Below, in pieces: positions 1 to 8,027 of a stretch of 41,741 bases of DNA (position 1 is its first letter; every line of letters starts with the position of its first letter). This stretch comes from a virus (taxonomy: Duplodnaviria; Caudoviricetes). The translations under genes were made by a program, and so were the position numbers. The stretch spans positions 1 through 41,741 of IMG/VR virus record IMGVR_UViG_3300010413_000076, one strand, 5' to 3'. The notes under the pieces are model-generated. The model was not told where the DNA came from. It saw only the letters and a list, made by a program, of their open reading frames with translations, and made no database searches.

Positions 1-124
1 GCCTCCTCTGCCTCCTCTGCCTCCTCTGCCTCCTCTGCCTCCTCTGCCTCCTCTGCCTCCTCTGCCTCCTCTGCCTCCTCTGCCTCCTCTGCCTCCTCTG
101 CCTCCTCTGCCTCCTCTGCCTCCT
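1..124. repeat. (GCCTCCTCT)n 9-bp tandem repeat, about 13 copies; encodes (EEA)n on the minus strand
   Basis: Read directly; the same unit occurs at the right end of the window. Confidence 0.98.
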
Positions 125-833
125 TCTCCTTCTTTAGTTCTTCTATCGCTTCAGCCAATAGCTTCTCGTGGTACGCTTTGGTCTCTATTTCGCACGCGAA
201 CATGGCGCGACATACGGCATGGCTTAAATGATCATTGCTGCGGTCACCTGCCAGCCACGCAAATAAATGAACAATGGCGCGGCCTACGTGAACGTCAGTG
301 GCCAGCTTGCGCCAACCTTCCCGCTCATGTCCTGTAGCGATGCCTTCCTTCATAACTCTCGATACTTCAAGGATCGTTAAAGGTGGAATAAGTTCAGCCA
401 TGTAGGGGCGCGTAGAGGCTAGACCATTCAATGCTGGGTCAAGCTCTCGGTTGGCCTCTAAGCCTATACACAAAGGAGGGAGTTTAGGCTTTGGGGCGTC
501 CTCGCCGCCTTCGTTGATGAGCTTTGCCAGAGTAGGACACTTGGCCATTACGTCTGCGTGCATCTTGGTCACAGGCTGGCCTACCTCATCATCGTGTTCG
601 GCTGCCTCGTGTTCTCTGGTCAGCAGTTCTGGCGCGTACGCGTTGGTTGCTTCGCCTGCTCTATCGGCCAGACCTTGTAGGCGTTTGAACTCGGCATCTG
701 CCCCTGTCGCGCCTTCCGTTATGTCCTCCGCTTCTCTCATCTTAAGCTTAGCCACAAATTCTTTGGCCGCGTCCATGTTTATCAGGCTGACTATTCCTTC
801 TTTTTCGGTGTTGCCGTCTAGGCTGCCACTCAT
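1..833 (-). CDS. dATP/dGTP diphosphohydrolase (DUF5664/PF18909-like) domain protein, 5' part; continues across the window junction
   Basis: Hand translation from ATG at 833, which overlaps the purZ stop (ATGA): MSGSLDGN...RPYMAELIPPLTILEVSRVMKEG...EGWRKL...HVGRAIVHLFAWLAGDRSNDHLSHAVCRAMFA...(EEA)n. The LIPP / WR / GDxSxDHLxHAxCR pattern is typical of this family. Absent from the ORF track because there is no stop before position 1. Confidence 0.8.
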   Translation of the reverse strand, partial: MSGSLDGNTEKEGIVSLINMDAAKEFVAKLKMREAEDITEGATGADAEFKRLQGLADRAGEATNAYAPELLTREHEAAEHDDEVGQPVTKMHADVMAKCPTLAKLINEGGEDAPKPKLPPLCIGLEANRELDPALNGLASTRPYMAELIPPLTILEVSRVMKEGIATGHEREGWRKLATDVHVGRAIVHLFAWLAGDRSNDHLSHAVCRAMFACEIETKAYHEKLLAEAIEELKKEKEAEEAEEAEEAEEAEEAEEAEEAEEAEEAEEAEEAEEAEE

Positions 834-1930
834 CGCGACACCTCAAGTTCTCCACGGTCGATCATATGTTCATGCTTTTTGCCGGTACCTATATACCTAA
901 CCGGAACGCCGTAGTTCTGCTCAATGTCGTGGACGAACCTGTGGGTCTTGGCGGTCAATAAGCTGTAATCGGTCTCTTCGTGGTTTGACCAGTCAATGTA
1001 GTTAGCGAACTGCAGGCACAACACAGTGGGGGCGCATACGCGCATAAAATGGTCAAATCTGTAACTAGACCACGTAAATACGCGGCGAGGCAGCTTCGTC
1101 GTCGTGGTGATTTCGGCAAAATCTTCCATTGGGCCTGTATACTCGCATTTCTTAGCCACTTGCGCCCACGATATTTCAGTTGCGCCGTAGTATGGACCAG
1201 AGGACCCAGTACGGTTATTTACACGAATCGGGTATGGGCGAAATACGCCATAAACGTCACCCACCCAAGACGGCGGCACTCCTGCCTCAGCCATAGCCAT
1301 GGCGGGATTAACCATCTTAGACGTACAGTATGTGGGGTGGATGCCGTGTTCGAGGTCTAGGTCAAATCCCTGCGTCATCTCACACAGGACGGTTAGCCCG
1401 TTCATTCGCATAGCGCTCAGCTCAACGGTCGTATCTACCAACATGAACCCCAAATTCTGCAAAAACCCTGCGCTTTCTTCGGCTAGCGCCACTTTGCCTG
1501 CGTGTCCTCTCATCATCTTGGTTACACGGGCAGCCCCTACACCCTGAAGCGTAGAACCTAGCCCTGATAGGCCAATGTCCATTTCAGTTGCTAAATGGTC
1601 CGACGTAATGAGTGACGCTCGTGGATGAATATGAATCCTGGACGGGTCGATGCCGAGTGCGTTGACCTCCTTGGCTAAGTTGTTTAGATTAATGACGGAC
1701 GCTGGTCCGAGTAACACAGGACACTCTGTTGTTATGCACGAGACCGGTAGGTGGTACGACACGTACTTTGCGTCACCGATCCACAACGTATGGCCTGCGT
1801 TAGGCGATGACGTCATGAATATCGCGTCTGGGTTAACGTCTCCGTTGGTTGCTACCCATGCCGCCAGTTTACCTTTAGCCTCAGACCCTGCCTGAGCACC
1901 AATGACGATGTTAAACTTACCTTTTTGCAT
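830..1930 (-). CDS. purZ: PurZ-family adenylosuccinate-synthase homologue (2-aminoadenine pathway)
   Basis: GAQAGSEAKGK (Ser in place of the PurA catalytic Asp of GDEGKG), SPNAGHT, GST, TQGFDL, YCT, RPYPIRV, SGP, TTTTKLPRR, LQFANY; 366 aa, shorter than bacterial PurA. Confidence 0.9.
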   Translation of the reverse strand: MQKGKFNIVIGAQAGSEAKGKLAAWVATNGDVNPDAIFMTSSPNAGHTLWIGDAKYVSYHLPVSCITTECPVLLGPASVINLNNLAKEVNALGIDPSRIHIHPRASLITSDHLATEMDIGLSGLGSTLQGVGAARVTKMMRGHAGKVALAEESAGFLQNLGFMLVDTTVELSAMRMNGLTVLCEMTQGFDLDLEHGIHPTYCTSKMVNPAMAMAEAGVPPSWVGDVYGVFRPYPIRVNNRTGSSGPYYGATEISWAQVAKKCEYTGPMEDFAEITTTTKLPRRVFTWSSYRFDHFMRVCAPTVLCLQFANYIDWSNHEETDYSLLTAKTHRFVHDIEQNYGVPVRYIGTGKKHEHMIDRGELEVSR

Positions 1931-1980
1931 TTCGTTTTCCTCCCAAGAGGTTAGAGTGTTAGCGTGCGCACGCCATACTT

Positions 1981-2154
1981 TTAGTTGTCGCCGAAGAAAC
2001 CCGATTCCCCGTCGTCCCAGTCATCACAGCCCCTGCTGTCTACGTGATCTACCGGGAGCGGCACAACAAGACCACCTCCACGCCACTGTTCTTGGTTATC
2101 TTGTGGTCCGTGGCATGCTGGAGGTGGTAATACTTCTTTCTTTTTGGGCGTCAT
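1981..2154 (-). CDS. Small hypothetical protein (57 aa, MTPKKKEV...GFFGDN)
   Basis: Hand translation; AGGAG upstream; fills the gap before purZ. Confidence 0.5.
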   Translation of the reverse strand: MTPKKKEVLPPPACHGPQDNQEQWRGGGLVVPLPVDHVDSRGCDDWDDGESGFFGDN

Positions 2155-2341
2155 CCGTTTTTCTCCTGTGCTTGAGTGTTAATACGTGTACGTACATTTA
2201 TATGTTAACCCTTGGGGCGTCTCCTACACAACCCGTCGTATGTTGCTTCGTGTAACGACCCCAACGGGTGGGTACTGTTTTTCGGTCATACACTATTTCG
2301 TGCAACAACTACCACCCGTCGTATATCTTTTCTCGGAACAA

Positions 2342-2647
2342 CTACCATCCGTGGGTGTTCTTTCTCGGTCCTACATTCTTTCCATTCAGTATGTCCTGCG
2401 ACATCTTCTTAGCCTTTAACGCCGTTTCGCGTCTAATAGTTACGTTCTTACACTTCTGGCAGCAGTAATTTTCCCAGTCGCCTTCGTCGTTCTTGCGTTT
2501 GAGCCAGCCAGCATCTCTGAAGTCCCTCGCTATGGCTTTAAATTCTTCCCTGGTTTCGCCCCCACGCTTAACATCAAATTTGTCACAGCTCAGGTTGTCA
2601 CACTCGATGGTAGTCTCGTCTAGTTTGTCGTCATATTCCATCGCCAT
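2342..2647 (-). CDS. Hypothetical protein with Cys pairs (CDNLSC, YCCQKC)
   Basis: ORF with AAGGAG RBS, co-oriented with neighbours. Confidence 0.7.
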   Translation of the reverse strand: MAMEYDDKLDETTIECDNLSCDKFDVKRGGETREEFKAIARDFRDAGWLKRKNDEGDWENYCCQKCKNVTIRRETALKAKKMSQDILNGKNVGPRKNTHGW

Positions 2648-2670
2648 AACCAGTCTCCTTTAGGTTTAAG

Positions 2671-5343
2671 TTACGCTTTCCACTTTTCCATGTTGGCCCA
2701 ACATCCATTGCCGTCTAAGTCAGACACCTTAACGTCTACCTTAAGCCCCATGTCTAACGGCTTACCGGCAAACACGTCTGCAGCTTCCATTATATCCACC
2801 ATCTCAGGCACAAAGTCATTCACAATGCTCTTGTGCACTCGCATTATTAAGTCATCATGTATTTGCATGACCGGATCACACGTAAAGTTTCTTTTGCGCC
2901 ATTTGCGGTATACTGGCACCATGCGCCCCATAGCCTCTTTCATGTAACCCTGTGCGCTTGACTGTATAGGTGCGTTGCCTGCTTCACGTTCAGCAGCTCT
3001 GCGCAACCACCTAGCCTTTGACTTGGCGTGAGGAACTGGCCTACGTCGGCCAAACATGTCCACTACAAAGCCACACCTTTTAGCCTCTGCGGCTACTCTA
3101 GACATAAACGCCCCGACCTCTGGGTACGTCTCGTACTTATAGTTGTATATTAATTCAGCACAACGTTCAAGCGGCCACTGACTTCTGGGTATCCCAGCCT
3201 CTATCATAGTACGCTGCAGTCCCTCAGGGCTGATGCCGAACACCACACCAAAGCCTGTGCGCTTGGCTGGGTACCGATGCAGCTTCTCTTGCACTTCTAC
3301 TAGCGGGATGTTGAACATGGTTGCTGCCGTTATGGCGTGCGGGTCGTCTCCTTCAATGAACGCACGTATCAGGCGCTCCACTCTAGCCGCGTGAGCTAAC
3401 ACTCTAAGTTCTACTTGGCTATAGTCTGCCGACACCAACACGCAATCTTTACCAGCAACGAAACACTCACGGATTCGTTTACTCTCCTTGGTGCGCGTAG
3501 GTTGTGCCATCAAATTTGGATCTGCCGTGGCTAGTCTTCCAGTCACTACCCTGGTTGTCTTAATTCTGGCGTGTACTCTACCGTCTGGCTTTACGTGCTC
3601 CAGTATAGAGTCAAGGAAGCTTGAAATCATCTTGTCTGCGTGACGCCACTCCTGTATTAGGCGTGCTGCTTCATTCTGCTCGGCTAATTCTTTGAGTATA
3701 CCTGACTTGGTAGACCTGCCGTCTATTTTGGGGAGTTTAAGCTGATCAAATAAGTATTCAGCGCACTGGAGGGCCGAATTAGGGTTGAACTTGCTATGTA
3801 CTCCGTGGTCTCGCTTAAGCTCATCTAACACCTCGTCCTTAATGTTGGTATAGAAGGCTCTAAGCTCCCTAAATTTAGCAGGCGGCGCTATTTCCCAACC
3901 TGAAAGCGACATGTCCACCACCATAGGCAGCATTCGCATATCTCGGTTGAATGCATCGCGTTGGCCAGTTTCGTCTATTTCGGCATTTAGTTGCTTCCAT
4001 ACTCTGTGCGTGACGTCGGGGTCTTTGCCTGCGTACTCGGTCACATCTGACTGCGGCTGAACGTCGCGCAGGTCTGCGCCCAGCATAGGACCAAGGACCT
4101 TTTCCACCATGGCGCGGCCATCTTCAGGCTCGACGCTCTTCCAACGCTTTCGTACGTCTGTGTCATCTGGCTTGGCTTCTGCATCATCTAGTATCTTCTT
4201 TATCCGCTTACGTATAGGCGTAATTTTCTTCATTCTGTAGCCTGCGGTTTCCTTGATGAGTCGTTCTTTGGGCTGCTGTGACCATTCAAGTTCAGCAACA
4301 TTGCACAGGTAATTAATATACTTGGCACGAGAAAATGGGCTGACTAGGTCCTCATAGTCTTGCATCTTCATGTTAAGCCGCCTAAATGCTAGGGTCTTCA
4401 ACGCCTGAGGTTCACCCAACAAGTACGCCATGGCCATCGTGTCATGAATCAACTTTGGGTATATTTCCAGCTTGGCCAGTACGTCGAGGTCATAGGGGGC
4501 GTTGTGGGCTATCACAAGTTGGTTTCTGCGGTGTAACGCCAACCTCAGCACGCCCACCATAAATACGTTGGTTGCATCAAGTATGTAGCCTATTCCTTCA
4601 GTCCACGTTATTTGGACTGTCCAGGGGTCACCCGCAGCAGTGGACTCAGTGTCAAGCGATATAGGCTCGTTTACGTTGTGGGCAGTTATAAGGTCTCTCA
4701 GTTCGTCAACTTTGTTTACCCACCGATATTTGCCCGTATTCGCCCACTCACCTACCACACGAGCATTTTTTACGTCGCCGGTATCCATCAACTCTCGAAC
4801 AATCGGCCTGAAGCCCTTCACATCCCTCAACCACATCTCAAAGAAATCGGCGTCCCTCATACCTGCAGCAGGGTGAACCATGGGGTATACTAACATGCCG
4901 TCCTTGCGCCGATACAAGATGCCGTGTATCTGTTCCACGCGATAATTTTTCATCTGAGGCAAAAAAGTTCTGATGGCAGCGCCGCCACACGCCACCATCA
5001 GCTTTAAGTTGCCCATTCTAGCCAGCGCCTTGTTAGTCCATGACCTGCAGTTGTTTAGTTCGTGCCATCTAGGAGCAGTGTCGTCCTCTGGCGGCTTGCA
5101 TCTAATGACGTTATCCACGCGTACGTGTGTTCCTCGCTCTAACCCTACGTGGTTTAACGCCGCGTCCACCTCGTCACCTGACGCCCCGATAAACGGACAA
5201 CCCTTTTCATCCTCCTTGGGGCCAGGAGCTTCACCGAACCACACTATTGGGGCGTCATACGACCCTTGACCAGGGACTACGCGACTACGCGACTTGCACA
5301 AACGGGAACAACGCCGACATTTACGGAGCTGGGCAGAAGACAT
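2671..5343 (-). CDS. polA: Family A DNA polymerase with N-terminal family-4 uracil-DNA glycosylase domain and 3'-5' exonuclease (candidate DpoZ)
   Basis: UDG: CxxCxxLC, GEAPG, PFIGASG, NVIRC, HPAA. Exonuclease: LDTES, HNAPYD, YAGKD. Polymerase: TGRLA..PNL, ADYSQVELRVLAH, RYPAKRTGFG, NAPIQS, QIHDD. Confidence 0.95.
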   Translation of the reverse strand: MSSAQLRKCRRCSRLCKSRSRVVPGQGSYDAPIVWFGEAPGPKEDEKGCPFIGASGDEVDAALNHVGLERGTHVRVDNVIRCKPPEDDTAPRWHELNNCRSWTNKALARMGNLKLMVACGGAAIRTFLPQMKNYRVEQIHGILYRRKDGMLVYPMVHPAAGMRDADFFEMWLRDVKGFRPIVRELMDTGDVKNARVVGEWANTGKYRWVNKVDELRDLITAHNVNEPISLDTESTAAGDPWTVQITWTEGIGYILDATNVFMVGVLRLALHRRNQLVIAHNAPYDLDVLAKLEIYPKLIHDTMAMAYLLGEPQALKTLAFRRLNMKMQDYEDLVSPFSRAKYINYLCNVAELEWSQQPKERLIKETAGYRMKKITPIRKRIKKILDDAEAKPDDTDVRKRWKSVEPEDGRAMVEKVLGPMLGADLRDVQPQSDVTEYAGKDPDVTHRVWKQLNAEIDETGQRDAFNRDMRMLPMVVDMSLSGWEIAPPAKFRELRAFYTNIKDEVLDELKRDHGVHSKFNPNSALQCAEYLFDQLKLPKIDGRSTKSGILKELAEQNEAARLIQEWRHADKMISSFLDSILEHVKPDGRVHARIKTTRVVTGRLATADPNLMAQPTRTKESKRIRECFVAGKDCVLVSADYSQVELRVLAHAARVERLIRAFIEGDDPHAITAATMFNIPLVEVQEKLHRYPAKRTGFGVVFGISPEGLQRTMIEAGIPRSQWPLERCAELIYNYKYETYPEVGAFMSRVAAEAKRCGFVVDMFGRRRPVPHAKSKARWLRRAAEREAGNAPIQSSAQGYMKEAMGRMVPVYRKWRKRNFTCDPVMQIHDDLIMRVHKSIVNDFVPEMVDIMEAADVFAGKPLDMGLKVDVKVSDLDGNGCWANMEKWKA

Positions 5344-5702
5344 TATAGAGGCCCTTTATCCGCCAAAGGGCCTTGGGGTGTAGGTACGTCAGGCGCGTGA
5401 CCCAAGTTACCTAACGTCTGCGGTAGGTGTGCTTTCACGTCAGGAGGTGGGGGTACGCTGTTACGTTCTGGATTTCCGTCTGATATTACAACTTTTTTGG
5501 CTCTGACTATGGTTTCTATCTTAAACAGGCCATCACGTAGCTGTTCCAGGTCGTCTGCATCTTCGGCTATTCTTTGCTTGAACCTAGCCTCAGCAGCGCA
5601 TACAGGACATTTGCCCATACAACGTTGTCGGTCAAACACCACAAGTGCGTTGTCGTGCAATTCACATATCAACTTCAAGTCGTTTACCGTCATGTCTATC
5701 AT
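5343..5702 (-). CDS. Hypothetical protein, CxxH...VVF...CPVC motif plus coiled coil
   Basis: Start moved to ATG 5702 after GAAGGAG; stop overlaps the polymerase start. Confidence 0.65.
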   Translation of the reverse strand: MIDMTVNDLKLICELHDNALVVFDRQRCMGKCPVCAAEARFKQRIAEDADDLEQLRDGLFKIETIVRAKKVVISDGNPERNSVPPPPDVKAHLPQTLGNLGHAPDVPTPQGPLADKGPL

Positions 5703-5704
5703 AT

Positions 5705-5971
5705 TTATTCTCCTTCCTTCGGTTCGAATTTGGCGCATGCCCTAGAAGTCGACATCAGTCCTATCTTGGCTTCATAACAGTACGACATGCCGTCCTTGAC
5801 GTTGGTAGGCGCAAATCTACATTCCATACATAGACGCGTGTTTATTGCTTCAGTTAGCTGCTGCCTCAGGTTGGCTAACTCGTCACACACTGGGCATTCT
5901 GCTTGTACCTCAGGCATGTGAGATCCGAACACTACTACAGCCCTGCTATGCTTCATACAGACTTGTACCAT
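5705..5971 (-). CDS. Hypothetical Cys-rich protein, CxxH...VVF...CPVC motif
   Basis: Start moved to ATG 5971 after GAGG; tightly packed with neighbours. Confidence 0.65.
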   Translation of the reverse strand: MVQVCMKHSRAVVVFGSHMPEVQAECPVCDELANLRQQLTEAINTRLCMECRFAPTNVKDGMSYCYEAKIGLMSTSRACAKFEPKEGE

Positions 5972-5985
5972 TTTTACCCTCTTTC

Positions 5986-6282
5986 CTAGTCTGCCAGCGT
6001 ACACGCTATCTTAACTGCCGCGTCTATGTCCGACTCCACACCTTCGCCGCCGTTAACTCCCCCAACAGACATATCAGTAGGCGTCTCCAGCGTTACGCTA
6101 TACTCGCCACGTCTAACGCTCAATACCAACACTGCATCCTCTGGTAAATACTTGACTGCGCGTTTAATTGCTTCGTCTATACTACTCGACGCCTTAGCCA
6201 TAACCTCTTTTCGTTCAAGCGACAGGTTAATCTCTCTGAGAGATCTGCCACCACTGTTGTCGTTGCTTCCGTTGTTCGTCAT
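5986..6282 (-). CDS. Hypothetical protein
   Basis: ATG 6282 overlaps the upstream stop (ATGA). Confidence 0.6.
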   Translation of the reverse strand: MTNNGSNDNSGGRSLREINLSLERKEVMAKASSSIDEAIKRAVKYLPEDAVLVLSVRRGEYSVTLETPTDMSVGGVNGGEGVESDIDAAVKIACTLAD

Positions 6283-6803
6283 GGCGTTTTCTTCCTTGTA
6301 AGTTTGCTGAGGTCTCCCGCACACACCTTTTCTAGGTCCCAATTGTGCTTACACCACCCCTCGACGTCAGCTAGCCATATCGGCATCCCTAGAGACTTTG
6401 CCAACGCTATTTCCCTGGTGGTACCTTCCGATCCTTGCCAACCACTCAACACTACGACGGACGCACACTTCTTGAGGAAGAAAAGAGACCCGCCCATATA
6501 TAGACTGTCTGGCGCTGCACCGTCCATATATCCTGAGTTCGCGTGAGGGCAAAACACCACGTAGCCCTGAGACCATAACCAACGCGCCAAACTTCGCGCT
6601 CTTTGTATGTTGGCATCTATTTCCGCTAGCGTGTCAGCCCTGTACGTACCAGCTACGTATACTGGTCCCACCAAGTCTTCTATGTTGCCCTTAGTCTCAC
6701 CCGCCACCGTGATGCATGACGCCACCATTTGCGGCTTTACTGCTTTAATAGCCGCGTTGTCTGGTACTCCCGTCACGCTGCCTACGTTGCTTTTGCTTGT
6801 CAT
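6279..6803 (-). CDS. DUF4406/DUF1937-like protein (nucleoside 2-deoxyribosyltransferase-like fold)
   Basis: VYVAGTY, VFCPH, CASVVVLSGWQGSEGTTREIALAKSLGMPI; start moved to ATG 6803. Confidence 0.75.
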   Translation of the reverse strand: MTSKSNVGSVTGVPDNAAIKAVKPQMVASCITVAGETKGNIEDLVGPVYVAGTYRADTLAEIDANIQRARSLARWLWSQGYVVFCPHANSGYMDGAAPDSLYMGGSLFFLKKCASVVVLSGWQGSEGTTREIALAKSLGMPIWLADVEGWCKHNWDLEKVCAGDLSKLTRKKTP

Positions 6804-6805
6804 GA

Positions 6806-7075
6806 TTACACCCTCTCCACTGCCGAGACGCTTGCGCCATCCTTGATTAATTTGAACACTCTGTCGTTGTACCACATGTACAGCTCTTCGCCATCCACCA
6901 TGTTTGCAGGGGCTAGCGCCGCTCCAAGCATCTTTTGTGACTGGTCTATTCTAGTTATTGCGGCAGTTAACAACGCTTGAGCGTCGTTTGCGCTAACTTC
7001 CACTGCCGTCTTGTCCGTTGCTGCTGCGTCGTACTCTGCCACTGCCGCATTCGCTATGTTTACGTCTATAGCCAC
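6806..7075 (-). CDS. Hypothetical protein
   Basis: GTG start with GAGGAG RBS; tightly packed. Confidence 0.6.
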   Translation of the reverse strand: MAIDVNIANAAVAEYDAAATDKTAVEVSANDAQALLTAAITRIDQSQKMLGAALAPANMVDGEELYMWYNDRVFKLIKDGASVSAVERV

Positions 7076-7089
7076 TTGTTTTTCTCCTC

Positions 7090-7845
7090 TCAGCCGTCAA
7101 GCTGCTTTATTAAGTCCTCTGCAGTCTTCTTGCCTATGCCGTCCACCGTCAACAGGTCCTCTACCGTCAATTCTAGCAGTCCTCTCGGCGTTTTAGCCAT
7201 CTTAGCTATGGCCTTGGCCTTGTCGCGCCCTACTCCTTTAAGTTCTGACGTCATTCTCACTACCAAGCTGGGCGCTTTAAGTTGTGCTTTGTCCACTCCT
7301 CGCTGCCACTTGAGGTGGCTTGAGTGCGTTTCCTTCTGCCACCACGCATGCAAGAACGTAATTATACTCGCCGTATGATTAGGGTCTCTAGCCTCATGGA
7401 CGTGTACGCCGCACATAACCGCTAGCGTGTTCAAGTACCCGTACAGCGCTGACCCTGTGAACGTCCGCTTACCTATGCGCAGTGGAACTATTTGCCCTCC
7501 TCCTTTCTTCATGCGCCATACCATGATCAACCCTGTATTAGGATCTACACGCCACTTACCTTCCACCACTAAGTGTATCTCGTGGTAGAGTTCTTGCATT
7601 TTGACCATCTGATGACCTGACAACCTGCCCGACCCCATAGAGTTAAGTAAATCACTTAACCGCTTCACTTCGACGCCTATCATAACAGACTTGCCGGACC
7701 CGTCAGGGTTCTTGCCTAGAAACGCCGCGTCTGCTGCTTCCAGCCTAGTAAGCGTGGCGCGGCCTTTAGGCAGCAGAGGCACTAGGTGCTTTGACCCCGT
7801 GCGGTCATCCACTAGAATTTTGGGCCATCCCTTAACTTTAGCCAT
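7090..7845 (-). CDS. ERCC4 (XPF/Mus81)-domain nuclease with C-terminal helix-hairpin-helix pair
   Basis: LVDDR, ADAAF, VEVKRLSDLLNS..SGRL..Q, LVVEG; KGVGRDKA and DGIGKKTA HhH motifs. Confidence 0.85.
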   Translation of the reverse strand: MAKVKGWPKILVDDRTGSKHLVPLLPKGRATLTRLEAADAAFLGKNPDGSGKSVMIGVEVKRLSDLLNSMGSGRLSGHQMVKMQELYHEIHLVVEGKWRVDPNTGLIMVWRMKKGGGQIVPLRIGKRTFTGSALYGYLNTLAVMCGVHVHEARDPNHTASIITFLHAWWQKETHSSHLKWQRGVDKAQLKAPSLVVRMTSELKGVGRDKAKAIAKMAKTPRGLLELTVEDLLTVDGIGKKTAEDLIKQLDG

Positions 7846-8027
7846 TAGAGTGAATCCACAACATCTGCCACTGCCTCACTGCAACTACCGCATAAATGCC
7901 TGTCCTCTTCGGCTAGCGCGGTGACGCCCGTGTTTATCCTGACGGTTACCCAGTCATCTGGCAGTACGTCTGCTTCTTTTTCGTTCTCAAGACTGCACAA
8001 GTCGCACTTGTATATGATTCGCTTCAT
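7845..8027 (-). CDS. Small zinc-finger-like protein (CDLC...HLCGSC)
   Basis: Start and stop overlap both neighbours. Confidence 0.65.
   Translation of the reverse strand: MKRIIYKCDLCSLENEKEADVLPDDWVTVRINTGVTALAEEDRHLCGSCSEAVADVVDSL

Noticed and set aside
830-1930. Ordinary PurA auxiliary metabolic gene
   Set aside because: The catalytic Asp is replaced by Ser and the C-terminal motifs are PurZ-like
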